A stretch of DNA of 64,000 nucleotides, taken from assembly GCA_045863235.1 (NCBI GenBank), contig BTUM01000020.1, positions 32,001 through 96,000 on the forward strand, read 5' to 3'. The position numbers and the translations under genes are program-made. The stretch's first letter is position 1. The number at the start of each line of letters is the position of its first letter. The notes beneath the pieces were generated by a model. It was not told where the DNA came from, did no database searches, and saw only the letters and a program-made list of their open reading frames with translations. This DNA comes from Candidatus Xenobia bacterium (GTDB lineage Bacteria; Vulcanimicrobiota; Xenobia; Xenobiales; QWHO01). Shown piece by piece: positions 1-8,974 of this stretch.

Positions 1-1
1 C

Positions 2-190
2 CTGATCGAGATCTTCAAAGGCTATGAAAAGAAGCGTCCTCAGACGCTGGTGCGCCTGACCGGCGAAGGTCGCGAGCGCTTTCTGGCCTACCTCGAGGAG
101 CTCGAGCGGGTGGTCCAGGACGCCGCCAACAGCGCCCGCTCGACATCCACCGGGCCGACCGGAGTGCCGGCGGGGTGGATGCCGGCCTGA
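2..190 (+). CDS. 3' end of winged-helix transcriptional regulator (HTH_34/ArsR-like), 5'-truncated by window
   Basis: Own translation LIEIFKGYEKKRPQTLVRLTGEGRERFLAYLEELERVV..., a typical wing plus C-terminal helix; stop TGA 188-190. Confidence 0.75.
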   Translation: MIEIFKGYEKKRPQTLVRLTGEGRERFLAYLEELERVVQDAANSARSTSTGPTGVPAGWMPA

Positions 191-209
191 GGTTTTTTTT
201 GCCACGATT

Positions 210-224
210 CTTTGTTCGATAAAG
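210..224. promoter_or_regulatory. possible operator CTTT-N7-AAAG between regulator and ispH
   Basis: Short AT-rich inverted repeat CTTTgttcgatAAAG just after the wHTH gene. Confidence 0.25.
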
Positions 225-247
225 TTCACTGTGGAGGAAACCTGAAC

Positions 248-1117
248 ATGCGGGTGATCCTGGCCCAGGCGATGGGCTACTGTTTCGGGGTCAAAGACGC
301 ATTGGAGCTGGCCGACGAGCTCGCTGACCCATCTCAGGTCACGATTTACGGAGAGCTGGTGCACAACGAGGAGGTGCAGAGCCGTCTGGCGGCCCGGGGC
401 TACGTGGCCATGAGCGAAACCGGACGGTTGATCCCCGCCACTCCGGCGGTGATGGTCACCGCCCACGGCATCAGCGAGCGTGAGCGCAAACAGCTGCTGG
501 CGGCCGGCAAGGAGCTCATCGACACCACCTGCCCGCTGGTGCGGCGGGTACATCGTCAGGCCGAGAAACTGCGCGATGAAGGCTACTTCCTGGTGGTCAT
601 CGGCAAGAGCGGGCACGTCGAGGTGCGCGGCATCACTGGCGACCTGGAGCGATACGCAGTGGTGGAGCGCCCCCAGGACGTGCGGTTCTTCACGGCCGGC
701 AAGCTGGCGGTGATCTGCCAGACCACCACCGCGCCGGCCTCGGTGGGCCCCATCTTACGGGCCATCGAGGCGGCCCATCCGGGCCAGGAGGTGCGTTTCG
801 TGGATACCATCTGCAAGCCCACCAGAGACCGCCAGAACGCGGCTCAAAGCCTGCTCAACCGGGTTCAGGCCCTGGTGGTGGTTGGGGGCAAGAACTCCAA
901 CAACACCCGGGCGCTGGCCCAGATGGCCCGCGAACGAGGCATCCCTTGCTGGCACGTGCAAACGGCGGCCGACCTCGACCCGGCCTGGTTCGAGCCCTTC
1001 CGGGGTCAGGCCGTGGGTCTCACCGCCGGTACCTCCACCCCCGAGGAGGTGATCCAGGGAGTGCACGGTTTCTTGCTCGATCTGGCCCGTCAGCACCAGG
1101 GCCGCCCGGCCGCGTGA
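248..1117 (+). CDS. ispH: 4-hydroxy-3-methylbut-2-enyl diphosphate reductase
   Basis: GYCFGV, ELVHN, AHG, DTTCPLV, QTT, DTIC, SNNT and TAGTSTP motifs; GGAGG RBS before ATG 248. Confidence 0.95.
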   Translation: MRVILAQAMGYCFGVKDALELADELADPSQVTIYGELVHNEEVQSRLAARGYVAMSETGRLIPATPAVMVTAHGISERERKQLLAAGKELIDTTCPLVRRVHRQAEKLRDEGYFLVVIGKSGHVEVRGITGDLERYAVVERPQDVRFFTAGKLAVICQTTTAPASVGPILRAIEAAHPGQEVRFVDTICKPTRDRQNAAQSLLNRVQALVVVGGKNSNNTRALAQMARERGIPCWHVQTAADLDPAWFEPFRGQAVGLTAGTSTPEEVIQGVHGFLLDLARQHQGRPAA

Positions 1118-1824
1118 GCAGAAAGAGCCTGAGCCACGCCGTCCGGGCCCGCACCTTGCTCGAGCTGGCCACCCACGGCGCCCTGGGCACGCTGGCCGAA
1201 GGCCACCCTTATACATCCCTGGGGACAGTGGCCGCCCATCAGGGTCAACCGGTGTTGCTCCTGAGCGACCTGGCCGAGCACACCCGCAACTTGCGGGCCG
1301 ATCCCCGCGCCTCCCTGCTGGTCTGGGAGGAGGGGGCCGTCGATCCGCTGGCCACTGGACGCGTCACGCTGCTGGGCCGGCTGCTGCAGGATGATTCCGG
1401 CCGGGAGGACTTCCTGGCCCGCCACCCCGAGGCCGAGCGCTACGCCGGGTTCAAGGATTTTCACTGGTTCCGGCTCGTGGTGGAGTCGGCTCGCTATGTG
1501 GGCGGGTTCGGGCGCATGTCCTGGGTGAGCGGCGAAGAGTTTGTCTCGGCCGAGCCTGACCCTCTAGCCGCGCTGGCAGCCGGCATCAAGGCCCACATGA
1601 ACGACGACCACGAGGAGCATATGCTGCTGATGGCCCGCCACTTCGCCGGGGTATCCGGCCAGCGGGCTCGATTGGTCGAGGTGGACTCGCTGGGATTCAC
1701 GATGCGTGTGGACGAGGCCGAGGTCGGTGTGGACTTTCCTCAACTCGTCACGACTTCCGTCGAGGTGCGCCAGGCCATGGTCGAGCTCGTGCGGCAGGCC
1801 CGGGGAGGTACCAAAGATCACTGA
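1114..1824 (+). CDS. HugZ/pyridoxamine 5'-phosphate oxidase-like protein with DUF2470 C-terminus
   Basis: GHPYTS, LSDLAEHTRNL, YVGGFG and HMNDDH motifs; GTG overlaps the ispH stop. Confidence 0.85.
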   Translation: MSRKSLSHAVRARTLLELATHGALGTLAEGHPYTSLGTVAAHQGQPVLLLSDLAEHTRNLRADPRASLLVWEEGAVDPLATGRVTLLGRLLQDDSGREDFLARHPEAERYAGFKDFHWFRLVVESARYVGGFGRMSWVSGEEFVSAEPDPLAALAAGIKAHMNDDHEEHMLLMARHFAGVSGQRARLVEVDSLGFTMRVDEAEVGVDFPQLVTTSVEVRQAMVELVRQARGGTKDH

Positions 1825-1845
1825 AGGCTGCCTTCCGATCGGCTA

Positions 1846-1870
1846 GCATGGTTGCTATAATCAACCATGC
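1846..1870 (+). promoter_or_regulatory. extended -10 box (TGcTATAAT) enclosed by a perfect 9-bp inverted repeat, probable operator
   Basis: GCATGGTTG-CTATAAT-CAACCATGC, followed by GGAGG and ATG 1880. Confidence 0.7.
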
Positions 1871-1879
1871 GGAGGAACG

Positions 1880-2296
1880 ATGAACGAGCGAATCCAGGCC
1901 CTGGAGAAAGCTGTGGCCGAGGCCCGGCGCGTGCAACGACAAGACTACAATCAGCTTATGGGGGGAATTGCCAGCCTCCACGATGCGACAACCGGTCTTC
2001 ACCGGCGAGTGACCGCGGTTGAGCAGGCGGTGAGCACCCTCCAACAGTCTGTGAAGAAGGTTGAGCAGGCTGTGAGCACGGTTGAGCAGGCTGTGAGCAC
2101 GGTTGAGCAGGCTGTTCGCGTCCAGAGTGGAGTCACTGGAGGGCTTCACGACTCCATGTTGTCCTATCAGAGCAGCAGCCTGTCTCTGTTCGACCTGCTC
2201 TACGGAGCCGTGGTCGCCGAGAATGATCAGAAGGATGCCGCAATCGAGGAGATTTGCCGCCGGCTCGACCGGCTCGAGAACCCTCCCGCCGCCTGA
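1880..2296 (+). CDS. coiled-coil heptad-repeat hypothetical protein
   Basis: Strong promoter and RBS; repeated VEQAVST heptads. Confidence 0.8.
   Translation: MNERIQALEKAVAEARRVQRQDYNQLMGGIASLHDATTGLHRRVTAVEQAVSTLQQSVKKVEQAVSTVEQAVSTVEQAVRVQSGVTGGLHDSMLSYQSSSLSLFDLLYGAVVAENDQKDAAIEEICRRLDRLENPPAA
2017..2115 (+). repeat. 21-bp coding tandem repeat GGTTGAGCAGGCTGTGAGCAC
   Basis: Copies start at 2017, 2059, 2080 and 2101 (last partial). Confidence 0.9.
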
Positions 2297-2656
2297 TCAG
2301 GCCCGCTTGCTGAACTCGAACAGGCTCGAGAGCTCGCCGTCGTCGAGCCAGATGCCGTGAGCGGCGCAGCCGTCGATCACCACCGGGCAACCCTCCAGAA
2401 AGGCCTTGCGCTCCATTGGCCCCTGGCAGCGCGGGCAGGGGAGGGGAGGAGCCTGGTCGTCCGGAGGTTGCACGTCCCGAATCAAGCCCACGGCCAGGTC
2501 GGAGGCAGCCAGAACGGCATAAGGCGCCTTGAGCAGGCGCTCCAATTCGTCCCCGTCATACCAGGCCCCATCGCATTCCGGGCAGAGGTCCACCTGCACC
2601 TCGCCGACCATGATCTCGCGCAGGTTGACCCGGCAGCGAGGACAGCTGAGGCTCAC
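2297..2656 (-). CDS. double zf-TFIIB-type zinc-ribbon protein
   Basis: Two CPRC...D.C...G.W.D.(D/G)EL units. Confidence 0.85.
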   Translation of the reverse strand: MSLSCPRCRVNLREIMVGEVQVDLCPECDGAWYDGDELERLLKAPYAVLAASDLAVGLIRDVQPPDDQAPPLPCPRCQGPMERKAFLEGCPVVIDGCAAHGIWLDDGELSSLFEFSKRA

Positions 2657-3036
2657 GGGGTGGGAGGCGCGGGGGCGGGGGGAGCGTCGTCGGCGCCAGG
2701 CGTGATGGTGCCGTCGTCGTCGGTCACCTGATACTTCTTGACGGTCAGGTTCTTCCAGCCGTCCTTGTCCAGCGTGATGGTGCCCGAGGCTACCACGTAG
2801 CTGCCCACGAAGCGAAGCAACTGGCTTCCCGTGGCATCGTTGACCACGATGTATGACTCGCCATCATTGGGCTGAATCTCGACCTGCACCGGGTAGCCGT
2901 TCTGGTCTTCAGCCAGGGCCATCACGGTGCCGGAAATGATGAAAAGGTCTTGCTTACCCTTGGGCTGGGCCAGCAGGCCCAGGCACAGGCTGGCAATCAG
3001 AGTGATGAAAAGGGTGGCTCGCAGAGCGCGATTCAA
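2653..3036 (-). CDS. exported hypothetical protein (beta-rich)
   Basis: Signal-peptide-like N-terminus; overlaps next gene by 4 nt. Confidence 0.7.
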   Translation of the reverse strand: MNRALRATLFITLIASLCLGLLAQPKGKQDLFIISGTVMALAEDQNGYPVQVEIQPNDGESYIVVNDATGSQLLRFVGSYVVASGTITLDKDGWKNLTVKKYQVTDDDGTITPGADDAPPAPAPPTP

Positions 3037-3039
3037 AGC

Positions 3040-3795
3040 TTATCCCTCATTTTCAAGCGGAGTTCGAGCAGAAGGGCCCGTTAGGAGCAGATTCGCGTTC
3101 TCAGCTCGCCCCCCTTCCCACACGCGCCAGGGAAGCCATAAGAGCAGGAAGTTGAAGGCAGAGAGAACCTCCAGGCTCAGTAGATAAAAGGGCCAGGGAC
3201 CGAGGTAGTCCATCAAGCTGCCGCCCGCAGGCTTGGAGCAGAGGTACCCGTAGTTCCAGCCGAAGGAAAAGTCCAGTGCCCCCACGATCAGGGCGTAGAG
3301 GTTGAGCGCGAGCAGGGCTCGCAGCACGCTCCCGGGGCGCGGGCGGAGCCGGTAGGCGGCCATCAGATAGAAGACGGCCGTGAAGATCAGCCCGTGTCCG
3401 ATGAAGAATTCCAGGTAGTACCAGCTGGGAAAGCCCACCCCCTGGGAGATGTCCGGCTGAAGGAGGGCCTGCAGTGCTCCCGCCAGCCCCCAGTAGTAGG
3501 CCAGCTCGAAACTTGTCTGGGAAGGGGAGAGCACTGCCCAGAGGCAGATCAACACCACCAGGTCGCACAGGTGCAAGGGCAATGCCTCGGTCACCGCCGC
3601 CAGGCCCGCGTCCTTCCAGCGCTGGTAGTAAGCGGTGAGGATATAGGCCAGGATAACAAGAGCGATCAGTCGGCCCGGCAGCAGGCGCTGGCGCTCGTCC
3701 AGCCGCCTGGCCCAGAGCAGGATGGCCACCGACAGGATCACGGTCAGAGCCAGGGGGATCAGGTGCTGGTCCGACCAGGCCTGAAACGGGATCAC
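3040..3795 (-). CDS. TIGR02206/YwaF family integral membrane protein
   Basis: LPLHLC, ALLQPD, FFIGH and NYGYLC.KP...SLMDYLGPWP motifs; GTG 3795 overlaps upstream stop. Confidence 0.85.
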   Translation of the reverse strand: MIPFQAWSDQHLIPLALTVILSVAILLWARRLDERQRLLPGRLIALVILAYILTAYYQRWKDAGLAAVTEALPLHLCDLVVLICLWAVLSPSQTSFELAYYWGLAGALQALLQPDISQGVGFPSWYYLEFFIGHGLIFTAVFYLMAAYRLRPRPGSVLRALLALNLYALIVGALDFSFGWNYGYLCSKPAGGSLMDYLGPWPFYLLSLEVLSAFNFLLLWLPWRVWEGGRAENANLLLTGPSARTPLENEG

Positions 3796-4424
3796 GGGCG
3801 ACGGCCGTAACGCTCGAACGAGACCACCTCGCGCACGGGTCGGCGGCGATTGGGGGTATACTCCTCCAGGGGCCAGCCTAGCGGAATGAGGCAACAAGGG
3901 GTGACCCGCCAGGGCAGCCCCACCGCCCGGCGGACCGCTCCGAGATTCCACAGCGGTATGGTGATCAGGGCCGCCCCCAGACCGGCGGCCCGGGCGCCGA
4001 GCAAAAGGTTCTGCACGGCCGGATAGATGGACCCGAAAGCGCTGGTGGCAGCCAGGAAGGGAAAAGGCCAGATGACTTGCTTGAGGCATGGGATGATCAG
4101 GGCGGGAATCTCTTCGAAGTGGTCTGCCTGCCACTGGGCCGATTCGAACATGCGCTGGCGGGTGGGTGTAAGCTTTGCCAGTGGCTTGAGCATGCGAAAC
4201 AGCGCGAATGCCTGTCGATTGAGGCGGGCCAGTCGGGCTATGGTCTCGCGCTCGCGCACGACCACGAACTCCCAGCCCTGGGCATTGGAGCCTGAGGGAG
4301 CTCGGATGGCCAGGTCCAGAAGGTGCAAGAGCAGCTCATCCTCGACCGGGTCTGTCTTGAGGCGGCGCAGGGCTCGCTGGGTACGCATGGCCTGCTCGAG
4401 GGGCATGTCCAGGTTGTAAGCCAT
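3792..4424 (-). CDS. nitroreductase family protein
   Basis: R.LRR, APSGSNAQGWEF, AVQNLLLGARAAGLG and IPLGWP motifs. Confidence 0.9.
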   Translation of the reverse strand: MAYNLDMPLEQAMRTQRALRRLKTDPVEDELLLHLLDLAIRAPSGSNAQGWEFVVVRERETIARLARLNRQAFALFRMLKPLAKLTPTRQRMFESAQWQADHFEEIPALIIPCLKQVIWPFPFLAATSAFGSIYPAVQNLLLGARAAGLGAALITIPLWNLGAVRRAVGLPWRVTPCCLIPLGWPLEEYTPNRRRPVREVVSFERYGRRP

Positions 4425-4539
4425 GGCTACAGGTTCTGGAGGGCCTGCCGGCAAGCCTTTCTCTCGAGGACTACGATCCGTCCCCCCGCCTCCGCCACAA
4501 GATGGCGCAGGGGTTCCGCTCCCAGGGTCTACCTCTCCG

Positions 4540-4680
4540 CCTGGCAGGCTGATGCAGAACCGGTTGTGGTGTCGAAGCAGAGCTCCCGCCACCACAAGAC
4601 ATTGTGTAGGGCATCAGCCTGCTACACATTCTGTTGAGCGCAGGATGATGCAAAAGCCACTTTTGCATCACTCTGCCAGG
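4540..4680. repeat. nested inverted-repeat intergenic element (MITE/REP-like or structured RNA)
   Basis: Terminal IR 4540-4559/4661-4680 (17/20); internal IRs 4544-4555/4611-4622, 4564-4571/4590-4597 and 4646-4656/4660-4670. Confidence 0.7.
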
Positions 4681-4746
4681 AGAAGGACCGCGGCGTTCGA
4701 GCAGAAGCACGATTTGAGGTTTTTTCATCGAGCACGAGTTCCGACC

Positions 4747-5856
4747 TCAGCTGCCCAGGCTGGAAAGCACGCCGTAGACCGGCAAGAACATGCCCACGAA
4801 CAAGATGGCGGTGACCACTCCGATGGCGCACACCACCACGGGCTCGAGAATGGTGACCAGCTGGGTGACCACCACTTCCACCTGCTGCTCGAGCAGCCGG
4901 GCCAGCGATTCCAGAAGAAGATCCAGGCTGCCGCTTTCCTCACCCACCTGGCAGAGATTGCTGACCATGGACGGAAAATACGGGATGGTCGAGACGGCCT
5001 GCGAGATGCTTCCCTCCAGCACCAGGCGATCGCGAGCCGCCTCGAGGTAGCGGCGGTGAAGCCGGTGGGGAGAGGTCCTGGCCAGCATGGTCAGGGACTG
5101 GTTCAGGGTTACCCCTTCGCGGTGCAGCGACGCGATGATGTCGCAGAATTGTTTGCAGAGCACCACGCCGATCCAGGGTCCGACCACCGGGGCATGCAGA
5201 GCCATTTCGAACACTCGCTCGGAAAGTTCGCGGCGAAAGTGCCACAGGACAGCCAGGGTGAGCAGGAAAAGGACGATGAAGGCCGGGTGGTTGACCGCCC
5301 CCACCAGACCGATGACGATCTTGGAGAGCAAGGGGAGCTCCAGGTTCATCTGGTGATAGAGACCCAGGAATCTGGGCATCACGAACTTGACGATGCAGAG
5401 CAGGATCAGGAAGCCTGCGGCTATCGTAATGGCCGGGCCGGTGAGGGCCTGACCGATGCGTGCCGAGAGGTTGGCCGAACGTTCCAGCAACTCGCCCGCC
5501 TTGCGCAGCCGTCCGGCCAGGTCGCCCCCCGTTTCGCCGGCCTTGACCAGCATGATGGCGGTGGGCGGAAAGACGTCCGGGAAGGTGGCCAGCGATGAGG
5601 AGAGCGACCAGCCGTGTTTACAGACCCGGTCCAGGATGACGTCCAGGGTTCTGACCAGACGAGGGTGGGACTGCTGAGCCTGGAGCACGTTGAGGGCAGC
5701 TCCCGGCGGGACCCCGTTCTCGAGCAGCAGGGCCAGTTGCTGGAGCAGGACGGCCACTGCTCGCACCGGGACAGGCCCGGCCAGGGTCAATTGGAGCTCT
5801 TCGAGGTCGAACCAGGAAGACCGGGGAGCCTTGTGACTGGCCGCAACCGCCTTCAA
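4747..5856 (-). CDS. type II secretion system F / PilC family inner-membrane platform protein
   Basis: Two T2SSF domains: QLALLLENGVP, AGETGGDL, VGEESGSL, LEP, MFLPVY. Confidence 0.9.
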   Translation of the reverse strand: MKAVAASHKAPRSSWFDLEELQLTLAGPVPVRAVAVLLQQLALLLENGVPPGAALNVLQAQQSHPRLVRTLDVILDRVCKHGWSLSSSLATFPDVFPPTAIMLVKAGETGGDLAGRLRKAGELLERSANLSARIGQALTGPAITIAAGFLILLCIVKFVMPRFLGLYHQMNLELPLLSKIVIGLVGAVNHPAFIVLFLLTLAVLWHFRRELSERVFEMALHAPVVGPWIGVVLCKQFCDIIASLHREGVTLNQSLTMLARTSPHRLHRRYLEAARDRLVLEGSISQAVSTIPYFPSMVSNLCQVGEESGSLDLLLESLARLLEQQVEVVVTQLVTILEPVVVCAIGVVTAILFVGMFLPVYGVLSSLGS

Positions 5857-6572
5857 GGCAATTGGCTGACCATGTAGTTCACCACCGCGTCAAGATCGGC
5901 GTCGGAGAGCGCAGTCGTGTTGAAGGTGGTCATGTAGCTCATGTTCTGCCCGGTGCTGGGATCGTTGTAGTAGTAGTTGCTGCTGCCGGTGTTCACAAAG
6001 GCGTTGGGGTTGCGCACCGAGTCCCGGATGTACTGGTCCAGGCTGACTCCGGCTGCGCTGGCGTTGGCTTGAAGCTGGGCCCTGGTCCAGGGGGGAGCCG
6101 CTCCGGTGGTGGACCCGACCTGCCCTCCTCCGCCGTAGGCCTGCATGGAGTGGCACGATAGACAGGTGAGGTTGTTCACGATCAAGCTGTAGCCCGGGGC
6201 GGGCGGGGGTGCGTTGGTCTTGATGGTCTTGAGCTCGCGAAACTGACCGGCGGGGTCGGAAACCCGGACCGTCACCACAATGGCGTCGGGCCCGAAGTCC
6301 GAGTCGAGAGAGTTGGCACTGGTCTCAGTCACCTGCCCGGTGAACGGGGTAGGGCAAGCAAACGGGCCCGTGGTGGTGAAGTAGGAGCCTTCAGCGATGA
6401 CCCTGTCCATCTGAGCCTGAGCCAGCATGTCCATTTTCTGGTTATGCTCGACATGCTGCGGCACGCGACTCCCCGTGATGAACATGCTCATCACGAAGCT
6501 GGCTGAGAGAAAGAGCAGGGCGATGGCCATCACCATCTCGAGCATGGTCAGTCCGCCGCGCCAGCGTCTCAT
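5853..6572 (-). CDS. prepilin (PilV-like minor pilin) fused to a C-terminal cytochrome c domain
   Basis: Class III signal RRWRGG|LTMLE plus hydrophobic helix; CLSCH at 6150-6164; YIRDSVRNPNAFV...M...LSDADLDAVVNY cytochrome c pattern. Confidence 0.8.
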   Translation of the reverse strand: MRRWRGGLTMLEMVMAIALLFLSASFVMSMFITGSRVPQHVEHNQKMDMLAQAQMDRVIAEGSYFTTTGPFACPTPFTGQVTETSANSLDSDFGPDAIVVTVRVSDPAGQFRELKTIKTNAPPPAPGYSLIVNNLTCLSCHSMQAYGGGGQVGSTTGAAPPWTRAQLQANASAAGVSLDQYIRDSVRNPNAFVNTGSSNYYYNDPSTGQNMSYMTTFNTTALSDADLDAVVNYMVSQLP

Positions 6573-7069
6573 TGCAGTAGCCTCCCCTCCATCTCGATGG
6601 GGGCGCTCAGGGTGGCCACCCAGACGCGGGCTCGGACCATGTTCGGCGTGCCCGACGGGACCACGTCAAAGCCCCGCACGTTGCGCACCATGACCTGTCC
6701 CCCGGAGGGGTCGCCCGGCCCCAGCCTGCGGATTTCGGCGGGCTGGTTGGGCCCCAGCGGTTGCAGCCAGTACTCCACCTGCACCAGGGTCTGGTTGGGG
6801 CCGTTGCGACGCAGCACCAGGTGCTGGGCGGGGCCAGGGTTCAGGGGCACCCCCGAGAGCAGCATGCCGGGTCGGGTGGTCTGCAGCTCGCGTTTGAGCT
6901 GCCCGAGCATGGTCAGCGCCTCGCGACGGGCCTGCACCTTGTCCACCGTCTTGCTCTGGGCCCGGTAGGCTACCACGACCGCCTGACAGACCATGCCCAT
7001 AATCAGCAAAAAGACGGAGGAGGACACCAGCAGCTCGATGATCGTGACGCCCCTACAGGCCTTCATCAT
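6569..7069 (-). CDS. PilW/PulJ-like minor pilin
   Basis: KACRG|VTIIE plus hydrophobic helix. Confidence 0.8.
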   Translation of the reverse strand: MMKACRGVTIIELLVSSSVFLLIMGMVCQAVVVAYRAQSKTVDKVQARREALTMLGQLKRELQTTRPGMLLSGVPLNPGPAQHLVLRRNGPNQTLVQVEYWLQPLGPNQPAEIRRLGPGDPSGGQVMVRNVRGFDVVPSGTPNMVRARVWVATLSAPIEMEGRLLQ

Positions 7070-7466
7070 ACATCTCCTGGCGGGCTCCGCCAGCGGTGGT
7101 GCCAGCCGGCAAGACGACCGTTCGCGAGGCCACCGTATTGCCCATGGCGTCCACCACCCGGCCGGTGCAGCGATAGAGGTTCAGGCTGCTGTCATAGGCG
7201 ATGTCCACCAGCTCGGTTCCGGTGGCATTCAAGCTGAGCGTCTGAGGGGCCGACTTGAAGAAGTCCGGGTTGTGGACGTCCTTCCAGCAGACGTAGTCAA
7301 CCCCCGCCTGGGCCAGGCAGGTGGCTCGCTCCATCTTTTCGGAGCGAAGCTGCATGTAGCTGTCGCGCTCGACAAAGTAGAGAAAGCCGAGGCCCACGGT
7401 GAACAAAAACATGGCCAGCAGCATGGAGAGCATGAGAGCCATTCCTCGTCGTAGCAGGCGGACCAT
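7053..7466 (-). CDS. PilX/GspK-like minor pilin
   Basis: RRG|MALML lacking E5, hydrophobic helix, A..LAQAGV motif; start could be 7475. Confidence 0.7.
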   Translation of the reverse strand: MVRLLRRGMALMLSMLLAMFLFTVGLGFLYFVERDSYMQLRSEKMERATCLAQAGVDYVCWKDVHNPDFFKSAPQTLSLNATGTELVDIAYDSSLNLYRCTGRVVDAMGNTVASRTVVLPAGTTAGGARQEMYDEGL

Positions 7467-7545
7467 TTGGTTCATTTGTACCACAAACCTGGCCGCAATG
7501 CCAGGTTGGGAGAATTTTTTGACGAATGACCGGAGGGTGAGGACG

Positions 7546-8127
7546 ATGCTGCTTGTCCTGGCCATGTTTGCCTGCCACTGCGGCTCGAGCCCTCCTGCCA
7601 AGCCAGCCGCTCCCCCCTCGGTTGCCGGCCAGCCGTCCGCCGCCCCGAGCTCCCCGACGCAAGGTGCAGCCGGCCCTCGGTTGAGTCACAACGCGCCTCC
7701 GGGCGCCGAACCTCAACCCGAGGCCCCTCAGTCGGTTCGTTTGCGCCGCCAGCACCCCGACGACCCCATTCCGGCGCAGCTCTCCGAGCTTCCTGGCTTT
7801 ACCGATGCGAGTCGGGTGGCCCGCTCGGTGGACTACGGTCCCGAATCGGTGGCCCGGGGTCGCAGGATGTATCAAAATGCCTGCGCTCCATGTCACCAGA
7901 TGACTGGCGAGGGAATGCCCGGTCGCAATTACGGGGTCAAGACTCTCCCGCGCGATCTGCGCGAGCCGGAATACTACCGCTATGGAAGCTCCGACCGCGC
8001 GCTCTACCGCACCATCGTCCACGGCATTCCAGGCTCTCCCATGGGCTCATTTGACGGGATGCCGCCTGAGATGGCCTGGGATCTGGTCCACTACGTCCGC
8101 TCCCTGTACAAACCGGAAATGCCCTGA
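7546..8127 (+). CDS. exported (lipoprotein-like) monoheme cytochrome c
   Basis: Short hydrophobic N-terminus with Cys, Pro/Ala linker, CAPCH at 7882-7896, GIPGSPMGSF distal Met, WDLVHYVRSL. Confidence 0.85.
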   Translation: MLLVLAMFACHCGSSPPAKPAAPPSVAGQPSAAPSSPTQGAAGPRLSHNAPPGAEPQPEAPQSVRLRRQHPDDPIPAQLSELPGFTDASRVARSVDYGPESVARGRRMYQNACAPCHQMTGEGMPGRNYGVKTLPRDLREPEYYRYGSSDRALYRTIVHGIPGSPMGSFDGMPPEMAWDLVHYVRSLYKPEMP

Positions 8128-8187
8128 AAGGTCTCCGCTCGGGTTCTCCCGAAAGAATCTAATACAATCATAAGCAAAGGAACCATT

Positions 8188-8955
8188 ATGGAACGAGGAA
8201 CAGCATTCCGTTCGGGCAACCCGGCCCTTTCCGAGAAGACTTTTGAGCAATGGCGCACGCTCAGCCTGCCCCAGAATGATGTGATGACCATTCAGGGCAC
8301 GGTCAACAAGACTGCCATCTTGCTCTTCATCGCGGTCGTTGCCGCCAGCTTTACCTGGAAGCTCTTCCTGGACAAGAACCCGGTGGTTCTACCCCTGATC
8401 ATCGTTGGCTTCGTGGGGGCGCTGATCGTCGGGCTCGTGACCATCTTCAAGAAGGAGTGGTCTCCCGTCACGGCGCCCCTCTATGCGGCCCTGGAGGGGT
8501 TGCTGTTGGGCGGCATCTCGGCCATGTACAACCAGGCCTATGAAGGCATCGTGGCTCAGGCCGTCGTGCTCACCTTCGGCACCCTGGGCGTGTTGCTGGT
8601 GGCCTACAAGTCCGGGCTCATCAAGGCCACTGAGAACTTCAAGCTGATGATCGTGGCGGCCACCGGGGGGATCTGTCTGCTCTACCTGGTGTCCATCTTG
8701 TTCAGCGCCTTCGGGATGCCCAACGCCATTCCGATGATTCACTCGAGCGGCACGTTCGGGATCATCTTCTCGCTGGTGGTGGTGGCCATCGCCGCGCTGA
8801 ACCTGGTGCTCGACTTCGACTTCATCGAGAGCGGCGCCGAGGCCGGCGCGCCCAAGTTCATGGAGTGGTACGGGGCTTACGGCCTGATGGTGACACTGGT
8901 GTGGCTCTACCTCGAGATTCTCCGGTTGCTCTCCAAGCTGCGCAGCCGCGACTGA
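8188..8955 (+). CDS. Bax inhibitor-1/YccA family membrane protein
   Basis: MTIQGTVNKT, YAALEG, LDFDFIE and LVWLYLEILRLL motifs. Confidence 0.92.
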   Translation: MERGTAFRSGNPALSEKTFEQWRTLSLPQNDVMTIQGTVNKTAILLFIAVVAASFTWKLFLDKNPVVLPLIIVGFVGALIVGLVTIFKKEWSPVTAPLYAALEGLLLGGISAMYNQAYEGIVAQAVVLTFGTLGVLLVAYKSGLIKATENFKLMIVAATGGICLLYLVSILFSAFGMPNAIPMIHSSGTFGIIFSLVVVAIAALNLVLDFDFIESGAEAGAPKFMEWYGAYGLMVTLVWLYLEILRLLSKLRSRD

Positions 8956-8974
8956 GCTCAGCCTCAAGACCAGG

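Noticed and set aside
4425..4746. 6S RNA, SRP RNA or retron msr-msd
   Set aside because: No diagnostic motifs and no reverse transcriptase nearby; kept only as an unassigned structured repeat.
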